From the IMG/VR virus record IMGVR_UViG_3300025128_000015, positions 125,595 to 189,594 of that record: a DNA stretch of 64,000 nucleotides. One strand, 5' to 3'. How positions within the stretch are numbered: the first letter of the stretch is position 1; each line of letters starts with the position of its first letter. The DNA comes from a virus. The position numbers and the translations under genes were made by a program. This document shows positions 1-8,568 of the stretch, piece by piece. Below the pieces are notes generated by a model, which did not search any database, was not told the DNA's origin, and was given only the letters and a program-made list of their open reading frames with translations.

Positions 1-636
1 TATTTAGAGATAAAAGCTGTTTTAAGTAGCGGTGATTACATAATAAGAAGAGCATTTATGCATTTTTCCTTTTCTTCTTTTATTGTCGACGATATTTCTA
101 GTATAAATATTCATTTTGGTGGAATTACCGGATATGTTGGAGATAAAATCATATTTGTTCAAAGTACAGCGTTTGATGATGCATTAAGTGCTGCAGATTT
201 TGATGCTATAGTAACAACATCGTCAGGTGTCTATTCTGGAGCTACTGGGCATACATTATTAGAAAATGCTAATACTGTTGCTTTAAATTCAAATGCAATA
301 AGAGATGCCAAGGCAAATAAAGTCCTCCAGGTAGCTATTTTAGATTTTACTCATGATCTTTCGAATTCGGCGCCGACAGGAACAAGTTCTGTTTCTAGGA
401 TTGCATCAGCAAACTTTGCTGCTCCCTATCTTGTTGTTAACGGCGCATATACTGTAAAACAATCAGAACCAGCAAAATTTATAAATAAAGATGAATTTGT
501 TGTTGATCGATATAACTCTGATGTATTCGGCCGACAGTTTTCAAAAAACACTGATCAGACCTTGTTTAAAATGGGTATTGCAGGTCCCGCAAACCTTCGT
601 GCAAGAAATACAGCTTATAAGGTAACAAAGGGCTAA
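1..636 (+). CDS. C-terminal fragment of a (probably large, virion-associated) protein; 5' end outside window
   Basis: Frame 1 is open from base 1 (YLEIKAVLSSGDYIIRRAF) into the listed ORF 58..636; no SD before ATG58; S/T/N-rich composition like the structural ORFs in the window. Confidence 0.5.
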   Translation, partial: YLEIKAVLSSGDYIIRRAFMHFSFSSFIVDDISSINIHFGGITGYVGDKIIFVQSTAFDDALSAADFDAIVTTSSGVYSGATGHTLLENANTVALNSNAIRDAKANKVLQVAILDFTHDLSNSAPTGTSSVSRIASANFAAPYLVVNGAYTVKQSEPAKFINKDEFVVDRYNSDVFGRQFSKNTDQTLFKMGIAGPANLRARNTAYKVTKG

Positions 637-641
637 AAACA

Positions 642-650
642 ACTAATTAC
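642..650 (+). promoter_or_regulatory. Putative phage late-promoter motif ACTAATTAC
   Basis: Intergenic. The TA-N-TTA core recurs before ORFs at 4767, 7183, 7719, 8553, 9759, 16965, 38995, 50902 and on the - strand at 16947-16955. Confidence 0.45.
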
Positions 651-678
651 TAATGTTATCAATCATTAAGGAGTATTT

Positions 679-3483
679 ATGGGTGGTGTAGCTGGACATA
701 TGAATCATTTATATGATAACCCTAATCTCACATTTAGAGAGATGAAAAGAGTTATTATCGCTGCTAGTGAAGGTAAGCTTGAAGGTACAGAAAAGACAGA
801 CGGTCAAAATCTATTTATCACCTACGATATTCAAAGCCAAACAGCCAGAGCAGCTAGAAATAAGGGAAACCTTCGTTCAGGAGGTTTAGATGCAGCCGGA
901 TTGTCCGCTAAATTTGCTGGTCGTGGATCTGTAGAAGCAGCTTTTAACGATGCTTTCTCTATTTTTGAAAAAGCGGTTAGTAGTTTATCATTAGAAGAAC
1001 AGCAAAGATTATTCCAGTCAGAAGGTCCTGAATCTCAAGTTTATTATAATGCTGAAATTCAAGATCCTAGAAACGCCAATGTTATCAATTATGATACCAA
1101 AACCTTAAATATTCACAGAGTTGGACATGTTTCTTACAATAGCCAAACCGGTGAGATCAAACAAACTGATTTGTCAAAAGAAGCTAACTATATTGAATCT
1201 GTTCTCAATAGAATGCAAGATGCTGTAAAAGATCAAAACTTTAGAATTCAAATGAATGCAATCCGCAATTTGCAAAGTTTATCTGATAAGAAACCAACAT
1301 ATAAAGCACTGCAATCTTTAGAAAATGCTATTAATGATGCTGGCATTAGTGATGAGCAAACTGTCAGCGATTATTTGGTCGCACGTATTATTCCGTCTAT
1401 TAGAAATACTATCGAACTCTCTCCAGAAAATGAAACCTTGCTTTTGAAAAAGATCTTGGGTTATAAAGGTATCAAAATAAACGATATTAAAAGAAATTTG
1501 GCACCTCAACAAAAACAAGCAGTTTCTGCAATTGCGAAAAGAGCGCCTGAATTGGCCAAGAACGCAATTCAACCAATTGAAGAGATTGTGCATGATTTTA
1601 GTGTAGAAATGTTAAGACATTTTGAAAGTATGTTCGTTCTAGATAACGAAAAAGAAGTTGATCGTTTAAGAGCGGAAGTTGACAGAGCAATTCGCTCAAT
1701 TGAAGCATCTGGTTCTGAAGAAGCAATTTCTATTCTTCAGCAGCAAATGAAGAAACTAAAAGCTCTAGATAACGTCACAACGGCTGCTGAAGGCTTTGTA
1801 TTCGATTATGACGGGGTTACCTATAAGTTTACCGGTAACTTCGCTCCTATCAACCAAATATTGGGGCTATTTAAGTATGGTCGAAAAGGTATCTCAATTG
1901 AACCTGTTGACGAAGATAATATGGACGAAATGTTGCAAAGTTTAAATGAAAACATTTTACAGAAAAAGGTTGCAATTAAGTTTGGAAATATGTCACACTA
2001 TCATACTCTAGAAAAGTGGCTTGGTATGACAAATAATCCAATCAACGAAGATAATGACTTTGTAGAAGTCAGATTATCAAATAATGAAATTGTTCCAGCT
2101 TTTAGTCACATTTTAAGCGAAGGACTTATCGAAAACAATATTTCTTTAGATAACTTACTGGCCGAAGATTTTACTGAAGAAGAAGGTAAAGCTGCTATTG
2201 AAGGAGCTATTAGGTATTATGCAAATGTTCTTTTCGAGCAAGAAATGCAAGCTCAATATGTTGTTATGATTCCTGGTGGATTTAAACCTCCCACTGCTGG
2301 TCATTATAATATGATTAATCAATATGCACAACATCCTTCAGTAAAAGAGGTTATTGTTATTCAAGGTCCAAAAGACAGAGACGGAGTAACAAATACAGAA
2401 TCTAAAGCAATATTCGAACTTTATGGTGGTTTTCCTAATAACGTTAAGTTTATGGTATCTAGATCAGAGGAAAAGACTCCTTTGGCGACAGCTTATGAAC
2501 TAATGAAGGAAGAAAGTTTTGTTTTACAATTTAGCCCAGATACGATATTCTCAATAGGTGCTAGCTCTAAAGGGGGTGACGATAAGAGGGTACGAGAATT
2601 TGTAAGCTATTTTGATAGAACTGGTACTGCTTTGCAAAATATTAATATTGCGCCACCACCCTTTGTCGCTCCTGTATTTGAAAGAGATGGTATTCAATTA
2701 AGTGCTTCTACAATGAGAAAAGCTATGGCCGAAAATGATTTAGATATGGTTAAATTGCACCTTCCAGGTGACGAATATCTAAATGCTGTTTTACAGATTT
2801 TAGACTACGATACAGAACAAAAAAAAACGATGGAAGAAGCACTAAATTTGACGGATTTATTTTCTTTGGTTGAATCTGTTATGAACGAGAAAAAGAAAAC
2901 AAAGAAGAAAAAAGAAAAAGGACCAAAGATAGTGCGAGATAGGAGAATGCCTCTAACGTTTGATAACGACGGAGATGCTGAATTAGCAGTACAATATCAA
3001 AAGACTAAAACAAGAAATCCTAAAAAAGAACTTGTCGAGCAAGCTGAGCCTGGAATTCCTTTTGAGCAGGCAAAAGATGGATTTAAACAAACGTTTGATC
3101 AGGGCGGAATTCCAGCAGTAATGGAATTTTTAGGTGGAGGTGGACAATTCGGTCCAGGAGTAGAAGGTTTGAAAGGTTTTTTTGAACAGCAATCGCCTGC
3201 AGTTGACAAAATTAATGATATATTAAGGTTAGTTGTAGGAGAATCTGAAGTTAACGAGACGTTTAATAAGTTTAGTTCACTTATTGGTAATGAATATGCG
3301 GCGAAGACCGGACCTGTGGAAGAAAATGAAGATATCGATGAAGCATCCTCAATGGGAGGCGGAAATGTTGCAATTGGTGGAGTCGGGGGAAATGTTGACG
3401 AAGACGAGCCAAACGGACTAATTAGAGAAGAAGACGATATTATTGAAAGAATAATACACAAACTATCGACTGGAGAGTTTTAA
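679..3483 (+). CDS. Fusion of ligase/capping-superfamily nucleotidyltransferase (KxDG) and HIGH-class (cytidyltransferase-like) nucleotidyltransferase, with acidic C-tail
   Basis: Motif I EKTDG (790-804), III YNAEI, IV AEGFVF (~1789), V YKFTG; second domain PGGFKPPTAGH (2272-2304) and SASTMRK; SD AAGGAG upstream. Confidence 0.7.
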   Translation: MGGVAGHMNHLYDNPNLTFREMKRVIIAASEGKLEGTEKTDGQNLFITYDIQSQTARAARNKGNLRSGGLDAAGLSAKFAGRGSVEAAFNDAFSIFEKAVSSLSLEEQQRLFQSEGPESQVYYNAEIQDPRNANVINYDTKTLNIHRVGHVSYNSQTGEIKQTDLSKEANYIESVLNRMQDAVKDQNFRIQMNAIRNLQSLSDKKPTYKALQSLENAINDAGISDEQTVSDYLVARIIPSIRNTIELSPENETLLLKKILGYKGIKINDIKRNLAPQQKQAVSAIAKRAPELAKNAIQPIEEIVHDFSVEMLRHFESMFVLDNEKEVDRLRAEVDRAIRSIEASGSEEAISILQQQMKKLKALDNVTTAAEGFVFDYDGVTYKFTGNFAPINQILGLFKYGRKGISIEPVDEDNMDEMLQSLNENILQKKVAIKFGNMSHYHTLEKWLGMTNNPINEDNDFVEVRLSNNEIVPAFSHILSEGLIENNISLDNLLAEDFTEEEGKAAIEGAIRYYANVLFEQEMQAQYVVMIPGGFKPPTAGHYNMINQYAQHPSVKEVIVIQGPKDRDGVTNTESKAIFELYGGFPNNVKFMVSRSEEKTPLATAYELMKEESFVLQFSPDTIFSIGASSKGGDDKRVREFVSYFDRTGTALQNINIAPPPFVAPVFERDGIQLSASTMRKAMAENDLDMVKLHLPGDEYLNAVLQILDYDTEQKKTMEEALNLTDLFSLVESVMNEKKKTKKKKEKGPKIVRDRRMPLTFDNDGDAELAVQYQKTKTRNPKKELVEQAEPGIPFEQAKDGFKQTFDQGGIPAVMEFLGGGGQFGPGVEGLKGFFEQQSPAVDKINDILRLVVGESEVNETFNKFSSLIGNEYAAKTGPVEENEDIDEASSMGGGNVAIGGVGGNVDEDEPNGLIREEDDIIERIIHKLSTGEF

Positions 3484-3484
3484 A

Positions 3485-4375
3485 ATGACGATTGAAAGAG
3501 AACAATTACTCGAAGAAATGAAGCTTCGAAAAATCATTAGAAAAGGCATCAATGTTATCAAAGAACGAAAAGCTGATGAAACATATGCTCAACAAATTAA
3601 TGAATGGAAATTACGTAAACTAGTAAGAAAAATGCTGCTTAATGAAAAGATGGCTCCATCTGGAAATCACAGATCTACTGGTATTGCTAAACTCTCTAAA
3701 TTTCTCCATGGTGCAATTGAAACATTAGAAGATGATTACAAAGAATTAAAAACAGAGCCGGCCCAAAGAGAAGCATTTAGGGTTTATATTCTCCACAACG
3801 TTGAAAAAACACTGGCTCCGGAGAAATTAAATGCTGAAGCTGGTGAAAAAGATTTTGAGTTAAGAGAAGATCTAGAAGAAGATAAAGTCAATATGTCAAT
3901 CGATACGTCTGGAGATGATGAAAAAGACTTAGACGCACCTGAAAATGACCCTATGTTTATCGATATTCCTAGAAAGAGTGATAAGAATAAAGAAGATCCA
4001 AAAAAATCCAAAGAAGATCAAGAAATGGAAGATTTTGGAAGAGGATTAGAAGATCGTGGATTAGATGATACTGGACGTATTGAGGCAAAAGCAACGTTTG
4101 ATCAACTCTTCAAAAATCAATTAGTTTCTGCCTATAATAACCTAGCTAATGAAAGTGATAAGAACATATTTTATGATTATTTAATTGCTAATCTTAAACT
4201 TTATTTTGATAAATTTGAAGCTGAGATGCAAAAAGATATAGAAGAACCAGAGTCGGAAATCTACCAACAACAAAAAGCAGGCGGTGAACCAGCACCATCA
4301 GCAGCTCCGGCCCCTTTAGAAGAAAGTATTAAATTTAAATTAGATATAAGTTCTTTAAAGAATTTAATTAAATAA
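3485..4375 (+). CDS. Hypothetical acidic protein with tandem E-x-KLRK-x-(I/V)R helices; possible prohead core/internal protein
   Basis: LLEEMKLRKIIRKGINVIKE and INEWKLRKLVRKMLLNE at the N-terminus; very D/E-rich. Confidence 0.5.
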   Translation: MTIEREQLLEEMKLRKIIRKGINVIKERKADETYAQQINEWKLRKLVRKMLLNEKMAPSGNHRSTGIAKLSKFLHGAIETLEDDYKELKTEPAQREAFRVYILHNVEKTLAPEKLNAEAGEKDFELREDLEEDKVNMSIDTSGDDEKDLDAPENDPMFIDIPRKSDKNKEDPKKSKEDQEMEDFGRGLEDRGLDDTGRIEAKATFDQLFKNQLVSAYNNLANESDKNIFYDYLIANLKLYFDKFEAEMQKDIEEPESEIYQQQKAGGEPAPSAAPAPLEESIKFKLDISSLKNLIK

Positions 4376-4402
4376 TTTAGTTAATGAAGTTATTATAAGT
4401 TA

Positions 4403-4771
4403 ATGTGGAAAAGAAAAAGAAGAAGATATAATAACGTTAACAACGTTAATGAGTATTATTCTATCATAAATAAATTAAAGAGTCAAGAAAAAATTACAGA
4501 TGAATTTGAAATTATGGTTTCTTCTTTAACTTTCGAGGAGTTAATAGGTCTCAGACTTGAACTGGCCGCTAAATCTGTCAACCATAAATTATTTGGTTTT
4601 AAGATATGGCTCAGTTTACCTAATATTATTAAAGATGCTGTACTTAAATATACCTACTCAGCTGCTAGAACAAATGGTGAAGCCGCTTCTTTTTTAGGAA
4701 TATCAAAAAATGATTATAATCGATATTTGAAAAAGTTCAAGATAAAAGAGTATTTCAGTAAAGAAAACTAA
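4403..4771 (+). CDS. Fis-type helix-turn-helix protein
   Basis: C-terminal AARTNGEAASFLGISKNDYNRYLKKF resembles the Fis/HTH_8 pattern. Confidence 0.55.
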   Translation: MWKRKRRRYNNVNNVNEYYSIINKLKSQEKITDEFEIMVSSLTFEELIGLRLELAAKSVNHKLFGFKIWLSLPNIIKDAVLKYTYSAARTNGEAASFLGISKNDYNRYLKKFKIKEYFSKEN

Positions 4772-4798
4772 TTACTATTATAATATCAGGTACCTAAT

Positions 4799-6289
4799 AT
4801 GAATATTGATGAGATTTTAAAAACTTGGAAAGAGTTCGAAAAGCTGACTGAGCAAAAGTATCAGTCTGTATTTGGAGATGAGTTTAAACTCAAGATGCCA
4901 TCGACAGGTGATAAGCTTAAGTTAGATCTTCCAAAAGAACCAGCCCAAGCGCCGGCAAAACTAGCTATTAAGCCAGAACCAGTCCTTCCAAAAGAACCAA
5001 CGCCAGATTGGAAATCAGATATAAAAGCGGATATGGCAGAGCCTAGAGGCAAAATATCAGACGCTGAAAGGCTCGCAAGAAGAAAAGAAATTTCAGATCT
5101 CCCAGTTAAAGTTTCTGATTATGAATCAAGGGTTAAAGGAAAAGAAAGATTAAAATTTCAATACGCAGATGATCCTATAGATTATGACACTGGAAAGATA
5201 ACAAAAAAAGGAAGAATATCTAGACGCTTTAAGTCTCTAAAAGATACCGGGTTTCGATTTAAAGATTTTTACAATGCAATTGACAATCCAGAAATGAAAG
5301 ATATACGAAAAATTCTTGGCAGAGAAGATAGAAGATTTGGTAGAAGACACGGAAAAGCAATGAAAGCATATGTTAATAAAATTGGCACATTCGAAGCAAG
5401 TCGAAATTTAGGTGTTGATGAATTAACGTTGAAAAAAATGTTTCTTCCAAAAAATAAAAGAAACGACCCAAATTTAAAAAACTGGGCAAGGAATGAAGGC
5501 GGCATGCTAGCAGTTCCTAATAAATTTATTAAAAGAGCAACAAAATTAGGTGTTAAGTATGGCGCTATCACACCAGAGCAAGCTAAAAATTTGATAAGAG
5601 GGGGTATGAATTATGATCCTCGAACAGGGTATTCTAACTATGGTGGGGAACTTAGTGATGAACTTCCCGGCATTGGAACTGATAATTTAGCTCTTAATGC
5701 AGTGGCTAGATTAGCCGCAAGATATGCGGCCAGAGGTTATAATGCATCAAAACATAGAGATAGGACTGGTCATGATTTCCATGCCGCGGCCCCTCAAGTT
5801 GTTAGTGCACAAATTAAATATCTTAAATCAAGAATCAAAGCCGGTAAAGCTTCCGCAATGAAGGCACCTCCGGGAGGCGATTATAAAGGAAAGTATAAAA
5901 GAGATTATAATGTTGCTCGACAACTAATGAAAGATTATGGCTCTTTAACAGCATATTTACGTAGTGAAAGAGAATATGGTAGTACAGCTAGAGAGTCTCT
6001 ACCTCCTAGAGTACGTAAGATGTTTTCTAAAATGTCACTAGATCAGACGCTAGGCAATCGAGCTTTAGAAATAGCAAAAAATCCTAAATACACATTAGAC
6101 CAGTTAGTTGATATGAGGAAAAACAGATCTGGACCTGAAGGCTTAAAAACTTCTAGTAAACTAAGAAGAAGACAAGCGCTATTAGATAGAGCAATTGCGT
6201 TACGTCAAGGGGCCGCAACCGGACAAAGAAGAGTAAAATTACCTGGTGGGTTGATCGATTTTGATTCGAAGGGAATATTAACAAAATAA
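4799..6289 (+). CDS. K/R-rich hypothetical protein with N-terminal helix + L-x-E motif and Pro-rich linker
   Basis: N-terminus MNIDEILKTWKEFEKLTE; preceded by ACTAATTAC at 4767; no confident domain. Confidence 0.5.
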   Translation: MNIDEILKTWKEFEKLTEQKYQSVFGDEFKLKMPSTGDKLKLDLPKEPAQAPAKLAIKPEPVLPKEPTPDWKSDIKADMAEPRGKISDAERLARRKEISDLPVKVSDYESRVKGKERLKFQYADDPIDYDTGKITKKGRISRRFKSLKDTGFRFKDFYNAIDNPEMKDIRKILGREDRRFGRRHGKAMKAYVNKIGTFEASRNLGVDELTLKKMFLPKNKRNDPNLKNWARNEGGMLAVPNKFIKRATKLGVKYGAITPEQAKNLIRGGMNYDPRTGYSNYGGELSDELPGIGTDNLALNAVARLAARYAARGYNASKHRDRTGHDFHAAAPQVVSAQIKYLKSRIKAGKASAMKAPPGGDYKGKYKRDYNVARQLMKDYGSLTAYLRSEREYGSTARESLPPRVRKMFSKMSLDQTLGNRALEIAKNPKYTLDQLVDMRKNRSGPEGLKTSSKLRRRQALLDRAIALRQGAATGQRRVKLPGGLIDFDSKGILTK

Positions 6290-6292
6290 TTA

Positions 6293-6320
6293 TTTACATT
6301 TATAAAAATGTATCTATATT
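6293..6320 (+). promoter_or_regulatory. Sigma70-like promoter upstream of tmRNA
   Basis: TTTACA (6293-6298), 16-nt spacer, TATATT (6315-6320), 23 nt before the tmRNA 5' end. Confidence 0.5.
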
Positions 6321-6343
6321 TACTAATAGGCTCTTTAAAATAT

Positions 6344-6694
6344 GGGGATGAACTGGTATCGACTGAGCATTAATTATATTGTGTGCAAGACAGAGGGCTG
6401 CGAGGCTCTGTATAAAAACGCGGAAATTTTAATTGCCAACAATAACGTTGCATTTGATTACGCACTAGCTGCGTAATCATGGGGTTGTAGTTACCTTATT
6501 AACCAAAACTACAAAAGGTGAATTTGCCGCCTTATAAGAGCAAAACTGTTTAATTTGAGTTTATCTCAAACCGAACAGGTGAACTTTGTATATTAAGTGG
6601 GATTGATAATTGGGCGGGCTTTTATCTTATTCTTGTAAAACACAGAATATCAGAAGTGTTTAGGACCGGGGTTCGACTCCCCGCATCTCCACCA
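6344..6694 (+). ncRNA. ssrA: tmRNA (one-piece)
   Basis: 5' GGGGATG pairs with 3' CATCTCC-ACCA including the G3:U70 alanine determinant; T arm ccggg-gTTCGAct-ccccg; helix 2 (gtgt/acac, gcaaga/tcttgt); PK1 acagag/ctctgt with gcg/cgc; internal tag ORF. Confidence 0.97.
6435..6476 (+). other. tmRNA proteolysis tag frame (A)ANNNVAFDYALAA*
   Basis: Translated from resume codon GCC at 6435 to TAA at 6474-6476; ends in canonical YALAA. Confidence 0.9.
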
Positions 6695-6712
6695 AACATA
6701 ATAGTAGGTTAA

Positions 6713-7183
6713 ATGGATAATTGGTACAATGGAAAAGGAAATACAACAATGTTTAATGATATTGTTGTTGATATTAAAAATCACGCTAATTTAAATGGCA
6801 AGGTGTATGTTGGTACTGACAGCCAGGTAATCAAAAATCAGTGTATATTTTCTACAGCCATATGTCTACACGGCGCCAAAAATCAAGAAGGCGGCCGTTA
6901 TTATATACGAAAGATAAAATTTAATGCAAAAGAGTTTCCTTCGTTATTATCTAGAATATCTTCAGAAGTAGAGAAATCTATTTCAATTGCAATGAAAATA
7001 TTGAAAGATATTCCAAAAGTTAATATTGAATTACATTTGGATGTATCCCCATCAGAAAATAAAGCAAAGTCCAGCAAATTCGCGGATATGTTAATAGGCT
7101 ATGCAAAAGGTGTTGGTTTCGAGTGTAAAGTTAAACCAGACGCATTTGCGGCAACAACTATTGCCGATAAGCACACCAAGTAG
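6713..7183 (+). CDS. RNase H-like YkuK/DUF458 family protein
   Basis: VYVGTDSQ, IELHLDV and KPDAFAATTIADK motifs characteristic of the family. Confidence 0.75.
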   Translation: MDNWYNGKGNTTMFNDIVVDIKNHANLNGKVYVGTDSQVIKNQCIFSTAICLHGAKNQEGGRYYIRKIKFNAKEFPSLLSRISSEVEKSISIAMKILKDIPKVNIELHLDVSPSENKAKSSKFADMLIGYAKGVGFECKVKPDAFAATTIADKHTK

Positions 7184-7195
7184 CTACTTACTAAC

Positions 7196-7363
7196 ATGGA
7201 TATTAAGATTGATATAAAGACACTCATAACTTTATTAACAATCGCTGCAACTCTCGGCGGCTTCTATTATTCTACACAAAGTAGAATTGATGATCTAGAA
7301 AAAGAAATAACTGTCTTGAAAAAACAGATAAAAAGAGTAGCTAAACAAAAAGGTAAAAAATGA
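7196..7363 (+). CDS. 55-aa membrane protein (TM helix + coiled coil), not in ORF track
   Basis: Hand translation MDIKIDIKTLITLLTIAATLGGFYYSTQSRIDDLEKEITVLKKQIKRVAKQKGKK*; ATGA overlap with the next gene; fills the gap exactly. Confidence 0.7.
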   Translation: MDIKIDIKTLITLLTIAATLGGFYYSTQSRIDDLEKEITVLKKQIKRVAKQKGKK

Positions 7364-7770
7364 AATTAATAGCAACACATGTTTGTAAAACACAAAATGT
7401 AGGATTCCATGGTAATTTGTTTGGTGGTGTGATGTTATCTTGGCTTGATGAAGCCGGCGCCGCCTTTGCTGCTGAAGTCTGTGGGTCACCAAGAATGGTA
7501 ACGGTTAAAATATCAGAAGTTATCTTTCGTAAACCAGTCCGACCAGGACAAATAATAAAAATTTATGGAAAGCTTTTAAATTTTGGCAACACCTCAGTTA
7601 CATTTAGATTAGAAGCCCGTCGACACTCTCCTTACAACGGATCACAGAAAGTTGTATGTTCAACTGAGATGACTTTTGTAAGAATTGATGGAGATGGAGA
7701 GCCAGTTCCAATTAACGAACTAATTAAGAATAGATTCGAGGAGATTAAAGATGAAAAAGATATTACATAA
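7360..7770 (+). CDS. Hotdog-fold acyl-CoA thioesterase (YciA-like)
   Basis: HGNLFGGVMLSWLDEAGAAFA, VTVKISEVIFRKPVRPGQ, GNTSVT, TEMTFVRID. Confidence 0.88.
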   Translation: MKLIATHVCKTQNVGFHGNLFGGVMLSWLDEAGAAFAAEVCGSPRMVTVKISEVIFRKPVRPGQIIKIYGKLLNFGNTSVTFRLEARRHSPYNGSQKVVCSTEMTFVRIDGDGEPVPINELIKNRFEEIKDEKDIT

Positions 7771-7855
7771 ATTAGCTAACTTATTTAAAAACCATTGCTG
7801 CTGCTGCTGTGATGTTTGCGAATGTTCCTGCTGTGATTCTTGCAATTGTTGTTGA
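7751..7855 (+). CDS. 34-aa cysteine-rich peptide (metallothionein-like or leader-core precursor), not in ORF track
   Basis: MKKILHKLANLFKNHCCCCCDVCECSCCDSCNCC* (12 Cys); SD GAGGAG at 7738-7743, 7 nt before ATG; ACTAATTAA motif at 7719; stop 18 nt before the next gene. Confidence 0.65.
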   Translation: MKKILHKLANLFKNHCCCCCDVCECSCCDSCNCC

Positions 7856-7873
7856 AAATAAAGGAATTAGAAA

Positions 7874-8332
7874 ATGAAATTATTAATTGAAAATTGGCGC
7901 AAGTTTTTAAATGAAAAAAAGATAGTAATAAAAATTAAAAAAGCCGATGGGCAAGAAATGGATTGCCCTGCTGCAACACAAGACGTAGACCTAAATACTA
8001 AAAATAGAAACGCTACAAGAAAAAACCATATGTATGGACCTTTGAACGTTAACGAGCCTGGCGATTACTGGCAAAAGCTGTCAGAAAAGTGGGACACAAC
8101 TGAAGAGGCGGCCAAAAAGTCTACATGTGGTGTTTGTGTGGCTTTCGATATATCTCCTAGAATGGACGAATGCATGCCAGGACCTGTATCAGATGAATCA
8201 GGTCGTCTAGGATATTGTTGGATGCACCATTTCAAATGTCACTCTGCAAGATCTTGCGATACTTGGGCCATGGGAGGTCCAATAAAAGAAGATTCTAAAT
8301 CTATGGAATGGCAAGAAAAAAATAAAAAATGA
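7874..8332 (+). CDS. Cys-rich putative metal-binding protein with MKLLIENWRKFLNE leader
   Basis: 7 Cys: CPAAT, CGVC, ECM, GYCW, KCH, SCDTW; SD AAGGA upstream. Confidence 0.6.
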   Translation: MKLLIENWRKFLNEKKIVIKIKKADGQEMDCPAATQDVDLNTKNRNATRKNHMYGPLNVNEPGDYWQKLSEKWDTTEEAAKKSTCGVCVAFDISPRMDECMPGPVSDESGRLGYCWMHHFKCHSARSCDTWAMGGPIKEDSKSMEWQEKNKK

Positions 8333-8550
8333 AATCTTTAGATTTGCATAATGTACTTCACAAAGACGTAGAAAGAGAAGTATTGCAGTTTATTAATTGG
8401 GAAGATCCTCCTTTTAAAATAATCACTGGTAAATCTGACAAGATGAGAGCACTTGTCGAAAGAATTTTGAAAAAACGTAATTTACATTGGATTGACGAAA
8501 ACTTCAATAATTACGGATGCATGGTCATACTAGAGAGTAATTTTCCTTAA
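8329..8550 (+). CDS. Stand-alone Smr-domain-like protein
   Basis: SLDLHNV...FKIITGKS matches the Smr DLH...(I/V)I(H/T)GxG pattern, with the last Gly replaced by Ser. Confidence 0.6.
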   Translation: MKSLDLHNVLHKDVEREVLQFINWEDPPFKIITGKSDKMRALVERILKKRNLHWIDENFNNYGCMVILESNFP

Positions 8551-8568
8551 ACACTATTTATAAGTGTT

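Noticed and set aside
2819-2827. A9 homopolymer as a programmed frameshift or phase-variation site
   Set aside because: Encodes Gln-Lys-Lys in an A-rich gene; no alternative-frame ORF or stimulatory structure seen.
7796-7810. (TGC)n microsatellite or contingency locus
   Set aside because: Only four to five units, explained by poly-Cys codons; the Cys pattern continues with mixed codons beyond the run.
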